From assembly GCA_963664225.1 (NCBI GenBank), contig OY760937.1:256001-320000 (forward strand): DNA of 64,000 bases, read 5' to 3'. A model generated the notes under the pieces. That model was given only the letters and a program-made list of their open reading frames with translations. It did not search any database and had not been told where the DNA came from. Source of the DNA: Verrucomicrobiia bacterium. Its GTDB lineage: Bacteria; Verrucomicrobiota; Verrucomicrobiia; Limisphaerales; UBA1319. Both the position numbers and the translations under genes were made by a program. Position 1 is the stretch's first letter. Each line of letters opens with the position of its first letter. Shown here piece by piece: positions 46,974 to 56,514 of the stretch.

Positions 46974-48278
46974 ATGCCAAATTCCATTTCTCAATCTGGA
47001 GGGGGCCGGGTACTCAGCATCATCATGGGAGGCGGGCAGGGCAGCAGGCTCTTCCCGTTGACAAAGGAACGCGCAAAGCCCGCAGTGCCGCTGGCGGGAA
47101 AATATCGTCTTGTGGACATCCCCATCTCCAATTGCATTAATTCAGGTTTAAAGCAGATTTATCTGCTGACCCAGTTTAATTCCGCCTCCCTGCATCGGCA
47201 CATTTCCCAGTCCTATAAGTTCGACCAGTTCACCAATGGTTTTGTGGAGATTCTCGCGGCCGAACAGACCTTCTCCGATTCCTCATGGTATCAGGGAACG
47301 GCCGATGCCGTGCGCAAGAACCGGATGCACTTCATGAATCAGGATTTTGAATATGCCCTGATTCTCAGCGGCGACCAGCTTTACCGCATGGATTACCGGA
47401 AAATCCTGGCCCGGCATATCGAGAATAAGGCGGATTTGACCGTGTCCACGATTCCAGTGACCCGTCAAAACGCGCAGGGTCTGGGTATCATGCAAGTCGG
47501 ACCTGATTATCGCATCACGCGTTTTGTCGAGAAACCGACCGATCCGCAGGTCCTGGATACTTTACGGATCCCGCCGGACCTGTATAAAGGTTTGGGGATA
47601 GAGGGCACCGAGGAGTTGTTTCTGGCGTCAATGGGTATTTACGTGTTCAACCGGGAAGTGATGTTTCAACTGCTTGATAACACGTTAACGGATTTTGGAA
47701 AACATATTATACCAAACGTCATCAACACGCACCGTGTCTTTTCCGATGTGTTTCAAGGCTATTGGGAGGATATTGGAACGATCCGCTCGTTTTTTGAGGC
47801 AAATATCGAGCTGACCGAGGAATTGCCCCGATTCAACTTTTTCGACATGGATTCGCCCATCTTCACCCGGCCCCGTTTTTTGCCGGCGTCGAAAATAAAC
47901 GGAGCGCACGTCGATCATGCGATCATTTCCGACGGGTGCATCATTAATTACGCGCACATCAGCCGGAGCATTGTTGGTTTGCGCAGTCTGGTGGATCGGG
48001 GCAGTTCGCTGCATCGCGTGGTGATGCTCGGAGGCGATTATTTCGAGAGCCAGGCTTCGATTGCCAAAAGCATGGCTGAGAACATCCCGCGCATCGGCAT
48101 TGGACGCAACACACGGATTGAAAACGCCATCATTGATAAGAACGCCCGTATTGGAAACAATTGTGTGATCTCACCTGCAGGCAAGCCCGATCAGGTCACC
48201 GAGGACAAGTTTTACATTCGCGATGGGATTGTCATTATTCCAAAAAACGGAGTGATCCCCGACGGAACGGTCATTTGA
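46974..48278 (+). CDS. glgC: Glucose-1-phosphate adenylyltransferase
   Basis: 'GGGQGSRLFPLTKERAKPAVPLAGKYRLVD', 'WYQGTADAV', 'FVEKP', 'SMGIY' and 'YWEDIGT'. Confidence 0.97.
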   Translation: MPNSISQSGGGRVLSIIMGGGQGSRLFPLTKERAKPAVPLAGKYRLVDIPISNCINSGLKQIYLLTQFNSASLHRHISQSYKFDQFTNGFVEILAAEQTFSDSSWYQGTADAVRKNRMHFMNQDFEYALILSGDQLYRMDYRKILARHIENKADLTVSTIPVTRQNAQGLGIMQVGPDYRITRFVEKPTDPQVLDTLRIPPDLYKGLGIEGTEELFLASMGIYVFNREVMFQLLDNTLTDFGKHIIPNVINTHRVFSDVFQGYWEDIGTIRSFFEANIELTEELPRFNFFDMDSPIFTRPRFLPASKINGAHVDHAIISDGCIINYAHISRSIVGLRSLVDRGSSLHRVVMLGGDYFESQASIAKSMAENIPRIGIGRNTRIENAIIDKNARIGNNCVISPAGKPDQVTEDKFYIRDGIVIIPKNGVIPDGTVI

Positions 48279-48330
48279 TCCGCCGGGAAGATACCGCATT
48301 CTGGCGCTGGGTCTGAAAAGACCTGGTGAC

Positions 48331-48358
48331 TTGCGAATTCAGGATTTTAACTTATACT
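48331..48358 (+). promoter_or_regulatory. Putative sigma70 promoter upstream of the SOD gene
   Basis: TTGCGA-16 nt-TATACT, followed by a ~110-nt structured leader. Confidence 0.5.
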
Positions 48359-48473
48359 GCCGGGTATTATGAGAGCCGTCAGGGCAGCAGACAAAACAGG
48401 GTCGCAAATCATCCAATGAATTGCGACAGGGAAGCCCGAACGGCGGATGACAATGAAAATCGAGGATACCAAA

Positions 48474-49088
48474 ATGGCATATCAGCACGCGAATAAGCAG
48501 GAAGCATTGCTTGCAAAAGTCAAAGGCAAAACCGGCAAGATCTCTGACAAAACCCACGAGGAGCATCTGAAGCTCTACACGGGCTACGTCAACAAAACCA
48601 ACGCAATCCTCAAGGAGTTGGAGGAACTATCCAAAACACTGGATCCGGCCAATGTGGCCCACGCCAACCAGATTTACAGCGTCATGCGCACCCTGAAGCT
48701 GGAGTATTCCTTCGCTCTGGGTGGCATCGTCAATCATGAGATTTACTTTGGCATCATGGGCGGCAAAGGTGGTCCGGCCACCGGCAAGGTGGCTCGCCTG
48801 ATCGAGAAGAGCTTCGGTTCCTTCGATGCTTATAAAAAGGATTTGAAGGCCACCGCCATCTCGGCGCGCGGATGGGCCTGGACGATTTACGATCCCAAGT
48901 CTGACCTGCTTTTCAACCACCTGGGTGATTCACAGAGCACTTACTCCGTCTGGGGAGTCACTCCGATTCTCGCCCTGGACACTTACGAGCACGCCTATTA
49001 CGCGGATTTCTTTACCGCGCGCGGCGCCTACATCGATGAATTTCTGAACATCGTCGATTGGGATCAGGTCAACGCCAATTTGAAATAA
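48474..49088 (+). CDS. Fe/Mn superoxide dismutase family protein (ChrC-like)
   Basis: 'EEHLKLYTGYV', 'NHEIYF' and 'LALDTYEHAYY' metal-ligand motifs; SD GAGGA before ATG 48474 (ORF track starts at 48447). Confidence 0.9.
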   Translation: MAYQHANKQEALLAKVKGKTGKISDKTHEEHLKLYTGYVNKTNAILKELEELSKTLDPANVAHANQIYSVMRTLKLEYSFALGGIVNHEIYFGIMGGKGGPATGKVARLIEKSFGSFDAYKKDLKATAISARGWAWTIYDPKSDLLFNHLGDSQSTYSVWGVTPILALDTYEHAYYADFFTARGAYIDEFLNIVDWDQVNANLK

Positions 49089-49104
49089 CCGCGCTTGGGG
49101 TCAT

Positions 49105-49806
49105 TCATTTCGCTTTGTCAACGACTCCTTCGGGAGTCGTTTTTTTTGCAGTTTGAGTTTCTTTTTTGCGCCACGCTCTTTCGGTCTTGTTTAGCTCGCG
49201 GCGCAGGGCGTCCTCCGCGGACCACCCTTTGCTCTGTGCATATTGGACGAGTGCCAGCAATGAAGGCCCCAACTGCGCCTTGGTGGGTGAGAAGGGTGGT
49301 GGCACGATTTTTTCGGCCGCGTTCAACCCGGCTTTGCGGGCTTTCTTGAGGAGTTTTTCCGCGCGCATCAAGGAGGGCAGGTGACGGGGGACGCCATCCA
49401 GCGCGGAGGGACGTTCATGAACGGTCCCTTTTTTCTCGGTTTTCTTGATTTGATCCCATTGAGTCCAGATGGCATCGATGGTTTTGACCTTGGAATCGCC
49501 AAAGACATGGGGATGGCGGCGGATTAATTTATCGACCAGTTGCCGGGCCACGGTTTCGAAGTCAAAGGCCTTCCGCTCCCGGGCCATCTGACAATGAAAG
49601 ACCACCTGGAGGAGCAAGTCGCCCAGTTCCTCCGCCATTTCCACGTCATCACCGGCTTCAATGGCATCGATCAATTCGTAAACCTCCTCGATGGTATGAA
49701 GGCTGATGGAGCGGTGGTCCTGTTCGCGATCCCAGGGGCAGCCATCGGGCGCGCGCAAACGGGCCATTACTTCCAACAATTGATCGATGGCTTTTTTCTT
49801 TTTCAT
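49105..49806 (-). CDS. mazG: MazG nucleoside triphosphate pyrophosphohydrolase
   Basis: 'LRAPDGCPWDREQ', 'EEVYELIDAI', 'EELGDLLLQVVFH' and 'KLIRRHPHVFG'; ATG overlaps the proB stop. Confidence 0.92.
   Translation of the reverse strand: MKKKKAIDQLLEVMARLRAPDGCPWDREQDHRSISLHTIEEVYELIDAIEAGDDVEMAEELGDLLLQVVFHCQMARERKAFDFETVARQLVDKLIRRHPHVFGDSKVKTIDAIWTQWDQIKKTEKKGTVHERPSALDGVPRHLPSLMRAEKLLKKARKAGLNAAEKIVPPPFSPTKAQLGPSLLALVQYAQSKGWSAEDALRRELNKTERAWRKKETQTAKKTTPEGVVDKAK
49121..49148 (+). terminator. Intrinsic terminator of the SOD gene (overlaps the mazG 3' end)
   Basis: ACGACTCC-TTCG-GGAGTCGT followed by T8. Confidence 0.85.
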
Positions 49807-50888
49807 CAGAGAATGACCAGGTTGTCGCGGTGAACGATTTCGGTGCGACCGGTCTTGCGGGCGGTCAATGCGGCGGCGCTGAAATCCGTGATGCCGCGCG
49901 CGAATTCGGTGCCGTCCAGGTCGCAAATGCGGACGATATCTCCGGCTTCGAACGCGCCGTCAAATCGAGAGATTCCCACAGGCAGCAGGCTTTTTCCGCC
50001 TTCGCGCAGGGCCTTTCTGGCCCCGTCATCCACATAGAGCAATCCCTTGGGGTTGTGGAAAAATGCGATCCAACGTTTGCGTCCGTGCATCTTATTGGGT
50101 CGGGGCACGAAGAGCGTGCCGGTTTCCGCGCCTTTGAGGATATTCTCCAGAACCGTTTTTTTGCGACCGGGAGCGATCACCATCGGGATACCGGAGCGAA
50201 TCACAATTTTGGCGGCTTGAACCTTGGAGTGCATGCCTCCGATGGCCGTGACGCTCGTGGTGCCTCCCGCCATTCTTTCGATGGCGGCGTCAATTTTTTC
50301 AACCAGCGGGATCACGCGGGATTGTGGGGTGCCATAGTTTTCGACCAGCCCATCCACCGTGGTCAGAATGACCAATAAATCCGCAGGCAGCAATGAAGCG
50401 ACCAGGGCAGAGAGGCGGTCGTTGTCCCCGAATTTCAATTCGGTTACCGAAACAGCGTCGTTTTCATTGATGATGGGAATGACGCCGCGCTGGAGGAGGG
50501 CCAGCAGGGTGTGGCGCGCGTTGAGATGGCGGTCGTGATGCTCGAGATCGTCATGAGTGAGCAAGACCTGGGCGACATGGAGGCCGTATCTGGCGAAGAG
50601 CTGCTCGTAGATGGCCATGAGCCGGCATTGGCCGACGGCGGCGCAGGCCTGCATTTCAGCTAGATCGGTCGGGCGTTTCTCAAAGCCGAGCGTGCCCATG
50701 CCGGCGCCGACCGCGCCTGAGGTGACGAGGAGAATTTCCTTGCCGGCCTTGCGTTGGGCGGACATCTGGGCGACCAACTGTTCCATTTGGGCCAAATCGG
50801 GCTGCTTGCGACTGTCGGTGAGGACGCCGGTGCCCAATTTGACCACGATACGCGTGACATCTTTTAATAATTTCTGCCGCATTACCAT
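49806..50888 (-). CDS. proB: Glutamate 5-kinase
   Basis: 'IVVKLGT', 'VTSGAV.AG', 'AAVGQ', 'INENDAV', 'FGDNDRL' and a C-terminal PUA domain ending 'HRDNLV'. Confidence 0.97.
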   Translation of the reverse strand: MVMRQKLLKDVTRIVVKLGTGVLTDSRKQPDLAQMEQLVAQMSAQRKAGKEILLVTSGAVGAGMGTLGFEKRPTDLAEMQACAAVGQCRLMAIYEQLFARYGLHVAQVLLTHDDLEHHDRHLNARHTLLALLQRGVIPIINENDAVSVTELKFGDNDRLSALVASLLPADLLVILTTVDGLVENYGTPQSRVIPLVEKIDAAIERMAGGTTSVTAIGGMHSKVQAAKIVIRSGIPMVIAPGRKKTVLENILKGAETGTLFVPRPNKMHGRKRWIAFFHNPKGLLYVDDGARKALREGGKSLLPVGISRFDGAFEAGDIVRICDLDGTEFARGITDFSAAALTARKTGRTEIVHRDNLVIL

Positions 50889-50966
50889 CGGTAGGTAGCA
50901 TGGGAGGGCGGATCGAGTCAATGACGCGGAGGGCGTAACGACTTGAGAGGGTTCCAATTTGCGCGT

Positions 50967-51197
50967 CTAACCTCCGGCCACAATGCGCACAATTTCGAGG
51001 CGATCGCCGTCATTCAGTGGACGGCCGCCAAACTCGGATGGCGAAACAGCCTCGCCATTCTGCTCCACAACCACCGCGCGCGGGAAAAGTTTTTGAGCGA
51101 CCAGAAATTGCTCCAGCGTGCAGGGCAGGGCAATGGGAATGGACAGGCCATTGGCCGTGACGTGCCCCGCCGTTTGGGAATGAGTATTTCGAATCAT
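50967..51197 (-). CDS. thiS: Sulfur carrier protein ThiS
   Basis: 'VVVEQNGE', 'LNDGDRLEIVRIVAGG' with the C-terminal GG. Confidence 0.9.
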   Translation of the reverse strand: MIRNTHSQTAGHVTANGLSIPIALPCTLEQFLVAQKLFPRAVVVEQNGEAVSPSEFGGRPLNDGDRLEIVRIVAGG

Positions 51198-51217
51198 AAA
51201 CAATGGGATGCAGCTTG

Positions 51218-52372
51218 TCAGTGGTCGCCGACGGTCAAGGTGATGGGCGCATTGGTTCCCGCAGCCAGAATGCGGACCGAATCCGGCTTGATTTCCAGAC
51301 ACTTGACGAGGATTGTGCGCGAACCAAGCGTCAGCTCTTTTTCCTCGTTTTCGAAAAACTGGCGGTTGTTGATCAGGGCGCAACGGTTGGTTTTTGATCC
51401 AATGATTCCCAGGAGTCTCAACGTTTGGACCGGCTCCTGAACGCGCACGGCCCAGTTGGCATTAGGGACTGGGACCGGGCTGATCCTTGGCGAACCGAGT
51501 TGGGACAGAGTCTGCGCGTCGATAACAGCATTCGTTGCACGCTTGACCCAATCCAATATGGCCGGGAAGCCGTAATCCGTTTCCAAACCGATCAACACCT
51601 TGATTTTGCCATGTGTATAGACGTTCTCGAGGATGTTTTGCTGCTGAGTGCGGTCTTCAGTGGAGACCATCCATTTATAGGCGGTGAGTTCACAAAGCGC
51701 CTCCAGGGTGTCCCCTTCGATGCTCCGGTTGCGCGCCTTGTTTTCGTTAATCCACAAATGCATGAATTCGTGGGCGCAGACCGATGTGGTGTCGCTCTTA
51801 AGCTGGCCACTGAGCAATACAACGCTGTGGGCCAGCGTTTCGCCTGTGCGGCGGCTCTGTGAAAAACCGAGGCGTCGCATGGTTTCCGGCACGGGATTGC
51901 CATCCCGATAGTTCCAGTAATCGATATCAAATAGGGATACGGCCACTGCCGTATTCTTCAATTTCAGTTCGCCGCCGGTCAGTCGATAAAGGCCGTTATG
52001 AACATCTTCGAACAGGCGCTGGGCCTCGGCTTCGGACTTGACGGTGTTGGGCAGATCGAATTTGCAAATGAAACGTCCGTCGGACGTCTTTCCGAATTTA
52101 TCCTTGATGGGCAGCCCGCAGAGCGAACATCGGTTGGGAAGTTCGACGCAGATTTCGCAGACCGGACCCGCGGGATGGCGGTAAGCTTTGCCGGAGAGCA
52201 ACCGCTTCCCACAAACGACGCAGGTGAACGCTTCATCATCAGATTGACAGGATGGTGTGCCGAACCAAAGCAGACTGAGAAATAGCGCCAAGGGCAACGC
52301 ATGGAACCAGAACATGCGGCGGCCTTTCAGCCTGGGCGCTGGACGTTCGAACATGCCGCCTGACAAATTCAT
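51218..52372 (-). CDS. Protein DA1-like zinc metallopeptidase with N-terminal Cys-rich (LIM-like) fingers
   Basis: Hydrophobic N-terminus; CxxC...H...CxxC and CxxC...C motifs; 'AHEFMHLW' followed by 'EALCE'. Confidence 0.7.
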   Translation of the reverse strand: MNLSGGMFERPAPRLKGRRMFWFHALPLALFLSLLWFGTPSCQSDDEAFTCVVCGKRLLSGKAYRHPAGPVCEICVELPNRCSLCGLPIKDKFGKTSDGRFICKFDLPNTVKSEAEAQRLFEDVHNGLYRLTGGELKLKNTAVAVSLFDIDYWNYRDGNPVPETMRRLGFSQSRRTGETLAHSVVLLSGQLKSDTTSVCAHEFMHLWINENKARNRSIEGDTLEALCELTAYKWMVSTEDRTQQQNILENVYTHGKIKVLIGLETDYGFPAILDWVKRATNAVIDAQTLSQLGSPRISPVPVPNANWAVRVQEPVQTLRLLGIIGSKTNRCALINNRQFFENEEKELTLGSRTILVKCLEIKPDSVRILAAGTNAPITLTVGDH

Positions 52373-52466
52373 ATCGATACACTTCCATTAAACAGGATTT
52401 TTGCGACGTTGCCAATCCGTTAGATGGGAAATGCAGGACACCGATTTGGCCTCTGCGCCTCCCTGA

Positions 52467-53921
52467 TCATTCTTTGCGCAAGGTGATCGGCCCAAGCCGG
52501 TAGCATCGTTGTCCGTCATCGCCAGCCATGGGCAGCGCGATCCGTGGGGTGCCATCCCGTTGGCCAACAGAAACGAAAACTGTGTAATCGCCCGGCCTGG
52601 TGACTGGCGCGATCTGGCCGATCACGAATTTGCATTCATTGGTTTGCGTGGGGATTTCGTCGGGCGCGCCAACCGGCAAATTACGGACATTAAACTGCTC
52701 GTCGGCCAAGACGGAAACGATACCTCCAGCGTCGTCCTTGATTGTCAGGGTTACAAAACCACCGGCGTAGCAAGGGGCCACGCCTGCATTGGCCCAAACA
52801 CTGCGCACCGCAAAAGGCTGGCCGATGACGACCGCCTTGGGCCATGCGATTTCGCGCAGTTGCAGCCGATAACCCATGCGGCGGTTGATGCGTTCGATGA
52901 GCGCCTTGTTTTCGTTCAGTTCGATGCGTGGCCACCAATGGATCGACATGTAGCTGGCGTGGTAATCCTCGACCGCTTTGAGCAGCAGGGAGCCGTCCCC
53001 CCAGGCGCCGCGTTCCCTGGAACTACCATAATGCTCATGCTCAAGGATCACCGGCCAGTGAGGCCAGAATGCCTGAGCCATTCCTGCGTGGTACCACGCG
53101 TTCGGCGCGGGCTGAACGAGGATGCTGTCGTCGCGCAAGGTAACCCCGTTGGCAATGGCATAATCGGTTTCGGGGAAATGCAGGCCGGGTTTGTTATGCC
53201 CGGCCACGTCATCGCTGATGCAAAGCAGGGTATGCTTGAAGAGTTTTACATGAAGATCGATGTGCTTTTTGACGATGGGCAGCGCCTCCGCGTCGGGCAC
53301 CTGGCTGCTCATCATGGTATGACCTTCGCCCCACATTCCATATGTGCCGATATCGACAAATGAGACATTGGGATTGCCGTCGTAGCGGGCGGCCATGGCC
53401 GTGAGGAATTTCTCGAGTTTTGCCAGGAAAATGGGATCGCCGAAATCCGGATCCCAACTGCCGCCGGTCTCGGAGCGGCCCTTTCCAAATTGATAGAACC
53501 ATCCCCTGGCGCCCGCGTTTTTCACCCATTCGGGCGTGGCGAAGCGCGTCCAATTTTCCGAGCAGGTGATCCGGAAGGCCACGCGCTTGCCCTTGGAAAT
53601 CCACCGTTGGGCCGGTGTGTCCAGCAAAGCCCAATTATATCGCCCCTCCTCCGGTTCGAGAAAGGCCCAAGGCACGCGCAGGTACACTGTGGATAGACCG
53701 GGGAAATCATCGAGCGTGTCTGAAGGCTCAAACTTCGAGCCGTAGTTCTGCGGAATGTTCGAGTAAAAATGCATCGTCCATCCCATTTCTGGATTGACCA
53801 GAGCCGCGCCGGTGTCCGCTGGCCGCACGGTTACCAGATCGTCATCCGCTTTCAGGGCCGGGATTGCGATGGCAAGCCCGGCCAGAAGAACCAGAGTGAT
53901 GAGGTGTTTCGGGGGGTTCAT
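52467..53921 (-). CDS. Secreted glycoside hydrolase-like protein (beta-galactosidase-like barrel + DUF4832-like domain)
   Basis: Signal peptide; 'LVNPEMGW', 'YLRVPWAFLEPEEG.YNW', 'G.WGEGH', 'RMGYRL' and 'N.GVAPCY'. Confidence 0.65.
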   Translation of the reverse strand: MNPPKHLITLVLLAGLAIAIPALKADDDLVTVRPADTGAALVNPEMGWTMHFYSNIPQNYGSKFEPSDTLDDFPGLSTVYLRVPWAFLEPEEGRYNWALLDTPAQRWISKGKRVAFRITCSENWTRFATPEWVKNAGARGWFYQFGKGRSETGGSWDPDFGDPIFLAKLEKFLTAMAARYDGNPNVSFVDIGTYGMWGEGHTMMSSQVPDAEALPIVKKHIDLHVKLFKHTLLCISDDVAGHNKPGLHFPETDYAIANGVTLRDDSILVQPAPNAWYHAGMAQAFWPHWPVILEHEHYGSSRERGAWGDGSLLLKAVEDYHASYMSIHWWPRIELNENKALIERINRRMGYRLQLREIAWPKAVVIGQPFAVRSVWANAGVAPCYAGGFVTLTIKDDAGGIVSVLADEQFNVRNLPVGAPDEIPTQTNECKFVIGQIAPVTRPGDYTVFVSVGQRDGTPRIALPMAGDDGQRCYRLGPITLRKE

Positions 53922-56305
53922 TCGTATTGCGCTTTGAATTTCCAGTGGCCGGGGACCACTTCAAACCGGCCGGAATGTTCGCTTTCAGGCAAATACTTCA
54001 CACCCTTGAGGTGGGTGGTGTCGTTCTCTTTTAGTTTGCGTCCGTTGATGGACAGACTTGCGAGTCGCTTTCCGGGTATTTGAGGCATGCAAACTTGAGC
54101 GATGGTTCCTTGAGGGGAATTCAGATCCAGCTCGAAAGCGTTGTCCTTATGCTTGAGAGTGAGTTGGATATTGCCTTTGGCCGTTGCGACCAGGGTGGAG
54201 ATGTTCTGCAAGGATCCCATTTGAGGGCGGACCTGGTAGAGCGCATAGGCGGGTTCGATGGGGGAAATACCGGCAGCATATTGCGAGAGCACGGTGAGCG
54301 GACCACCGCTCCAGGCGTGGTTGTAAGTGCCGCCACCAAAGCCATCGCTGCCCAGGCCCCATCCTTCCCAAAGCGTGGTGAGTTCGCTGGCGACCTGTTT
54401 CTGATAACGCGTCTTCATCCGTTCCAAGGCCTGATCCGGCGCATGCATGAGGAACAGCGCTTCGAGAACGTATTTTTCCATGTAGGGGCTGGCATTGCGG
54501 TGTTTGGCGAAAACCTCCTTCAAAGCGGCGAACTTATCCGGACCCGCCAGGCCGGAAATCACCGCCATGGCATTGGCGCGGTCATCTGTATCGCCTTTGT
54601 AGCTTGGAGTGCGGTATTCCGTTCCAGTCCAGAATTTGGTGTTAAAGCCACCCTTGATGGTTTTCATGCGCGATTCCCATTCGGGTATGTCCTTCTCGTT
54701 ACCTGATAGGCGGGCCATGTTGATGGCGGCTTCAAGTGCCAGACTGTACCAGGCGCTGTCGAGCACGCGCTCGTCAATATTCTCGCCCCAATCCTCCCAG
54801 TCCCAATCGCCTTTGCGGTGGATAACGAGACCGTCGGCATCCAGCTTCCACACGTTCAAGTAGCCGCGCACATGGGGATAAACAGTGGCAATGGTCTCGC
54901 GGTCGCCGCTGTAAAGGTAATAGGTCCAAAAGCCGTATTTGCCAACGCTCGCGAGCATCTGGGGCGGCAACTCGCAATTCCAGGTGCCGTCTCCCGCATC
55001 CTGACGATTGAGGTCGTTGGCGGGCCTGCCGGAGGGCACCGGAGAATAGAGCGTATTGTCCGAACGCTGCCAGCGCGCAAGTTCCAGCATGGCCTTGCGT
55101 GTCAGGGAGGCTGCGGAAGGATCGAAGGCATAGAAGACCTCCCCAAGTTCATTGGCAGCATCGCCCCACCACTGGGAGCGTTCGCGGTCCGGGCAATCCA
55201 TGTAACTATCCCGCATGGTCACATAGAGCGTGCGTCGTGATTTCTCCCAAAGTGTATTGTAAAACGGATCGTCGCATTGGAACCGGCCTGTGAACTCGGT
55301 GTTGAATCCCGTTTCGCGATATTTCAGCGTGATCGGTTTCACCCCAGCCGGAAGCGTGTAGAGGACCTCGTGGCCATTCATCCAACCCAGGGCCTCGAAT
55401 TCCTGGGCGCCGTCGCGCGTGACATACTCGGCGTGAACGTTGGCTTCGCCGCCGCCCATGAAGTTGTCCGTGCGCAGATCGATGGTTTTGCCTGCGGGGG
55501 CTTCTATTTTAATCCATGGCGTGACGTGCGCGTTGTACGGTAGTTTCGCGGCGATCACCTGGCCGCCGTCAGGGGTGTTGGTCAGTACGCGTGTGCTGAC
55601 ATAATCCTTGAGTCCGTAATCCTTCCAGAACTTCGTCGGGCGTTTTTCCAAGGATCCCCAAGGCGCGGCTGGAGGAATTGGGCCCACTACCGGCGAACTC
55701 CAACTGGAGTCGTCAAACCGGCGGCTGGTCCAATCCGCCAGATCCTTCCGGGCATCGAAAAGGATGCTCGACTCCGGCAGTCGGCGATTGGGTTGCACAC
55801 CGCCCGCCTTTCCAAACGCAGGATGCCGGATTGTTTTCCAAGTCGCGTCCGAAGCGAGGGTGTGATCACCCAGGTCCGCCTCAAACACCAGACCCGCTCG
55901 ACCACTGCTGTTGTGCGAAAAACCGTTCTTGCCAAAATACCACGCCAGCACGGCGATGCTGTTCGATCCCCTGGTCAGATAAGGCGCCAGATCGAGTTCG
56001 TCGTAATAAGTCGCGGTGGGTGTGGGTCCGCGCTTGAGACCGCCTTCGCGCACCACAAGCTTGTCGTTGATCCAGAGCCAGTATTTGGAGTCCACCGCGA
56101 TGCGCGCGATGGCGTGCGCAGGGACCTTGGTCACCTCAAAGGTTTTGCGGTAACAGGTCCACGAATTGGGGGACGTTTCCGTCGGACTAAGCCACTGGGC
56201 GGTCCAGACCGGGTTGGTGGACGCATCGGCGCGAACAATTGATGTGGAGACGGCCGCCAATAAAAGGCCGGCTAAAAGACCAACGCTGGATGATCGCAGG
56301 TTCAT
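53918..56305 (-). CDS. Alpha-L-rhamnosidase-like protein (GH78)
   Basis: 'YMDCPDRERSQWWGD', 'TTLWEGW' and 'NHAWSGGP'; signal peptide. Confidence 0.85.
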   Translation of the reverse strand: MNLRSSSVGLLAGLLLAAVSTSIVRADASTNPVWTAQWLSPTETSPNSWTCYRKTFEVTKVPAHAIARIAVDSKYWLWINDKLVVREGGLKRGPTPTATYYDELDLAPYLTRGSNSIAVLAWYFGKNGFSHNSSGRAGLVFEADLGDHTLASDATWKTIRHPAFGKAGGVQPNRRLPESSILFDARKDLADWTSRRFDDSSWSSPVVGPIPPAAPWGSLEKRPTKFWKDYGLKDYVSTRVLTNTPDGGQVIAAKLPYNAHVTPWIKIEAPAGKTIDLRTDNFMGGGEANVHAEYVTRDGAQEFEALGWMNGHEVLYTLPAGVKPITLKYRETGFNTEFTGRFQCDDPFYNTLWEKSRRTLYVTMRDSYMDCPDRERSQWWGDAANELGEVFYAFDPSAASLTRKAMLELARWQRSDNTLYSPVPSGRPANDLNRQDAGDGTWNCELPPQMLASVGKYGFWTYYLYSGDRETIATVYPHVRGYLNVWKLDADGLVIHRKGDWDWEDWGENIDERVLDSAWYSLALEAAINMARLSGNEKDIPEWESRMKTIKGGFNTKFWTGTEYRTPSYKGDTDDRANAMAVISGLAGPDKFAALKEVFAKHRNASPYMEKYVLEALFLMHAPDQALERMKTRYQKQVASELTTLWEGWGLGSDGFGGGTYNHAWSGGPLTVLSQYAAGISPIEPAYALYQVRPQMGSLQNISTLVATAKGNIQLTLKHKDNAFELDLNSPQGTIAQVCMPQIPGKRLASLSINGRKLKENDTTHLKGVKYLPESEHSGRFEVVPGHWKFKAQYE

Positions 56306-56464
56306 TTTATGATTGAATGAGACGGTTCATGTTCAAGTGAGTTCCAATCCATCGCATGGCTGAGATTCTGAATGCCTGGCAAAACGGACCGCCATCTTAC
56401 GGACACCACTTGGAACAATGCCCGAACGGCGCAATGCGTTTACGCACCGTTACTGAGGCATGAG

Positions 56465-56497
56465 GTGGATCGTAAATCCACTTGCGAATCAGGTCAA
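56465..56497 (-). promoter_or_regulatory. Putative promoter of the rhamnosidase operon with a palindrome over the -10
   Basis: Minus strand TTGACC-17-TACGAT; palindrome GTGGAT-5-ATCCAC (56465-56481). Confidence 0.5.
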
Positions 56498-56514
56498 TGC
56501 GAGATGAATTGAAA

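Noticed and set aside
56306..56514. TPP riboswitch near thiH (GCTGAGA at ~56359)
   Set aside because: It lies downstream of thiH on the opposite strand and lacks the following CCUGA and closing elements.
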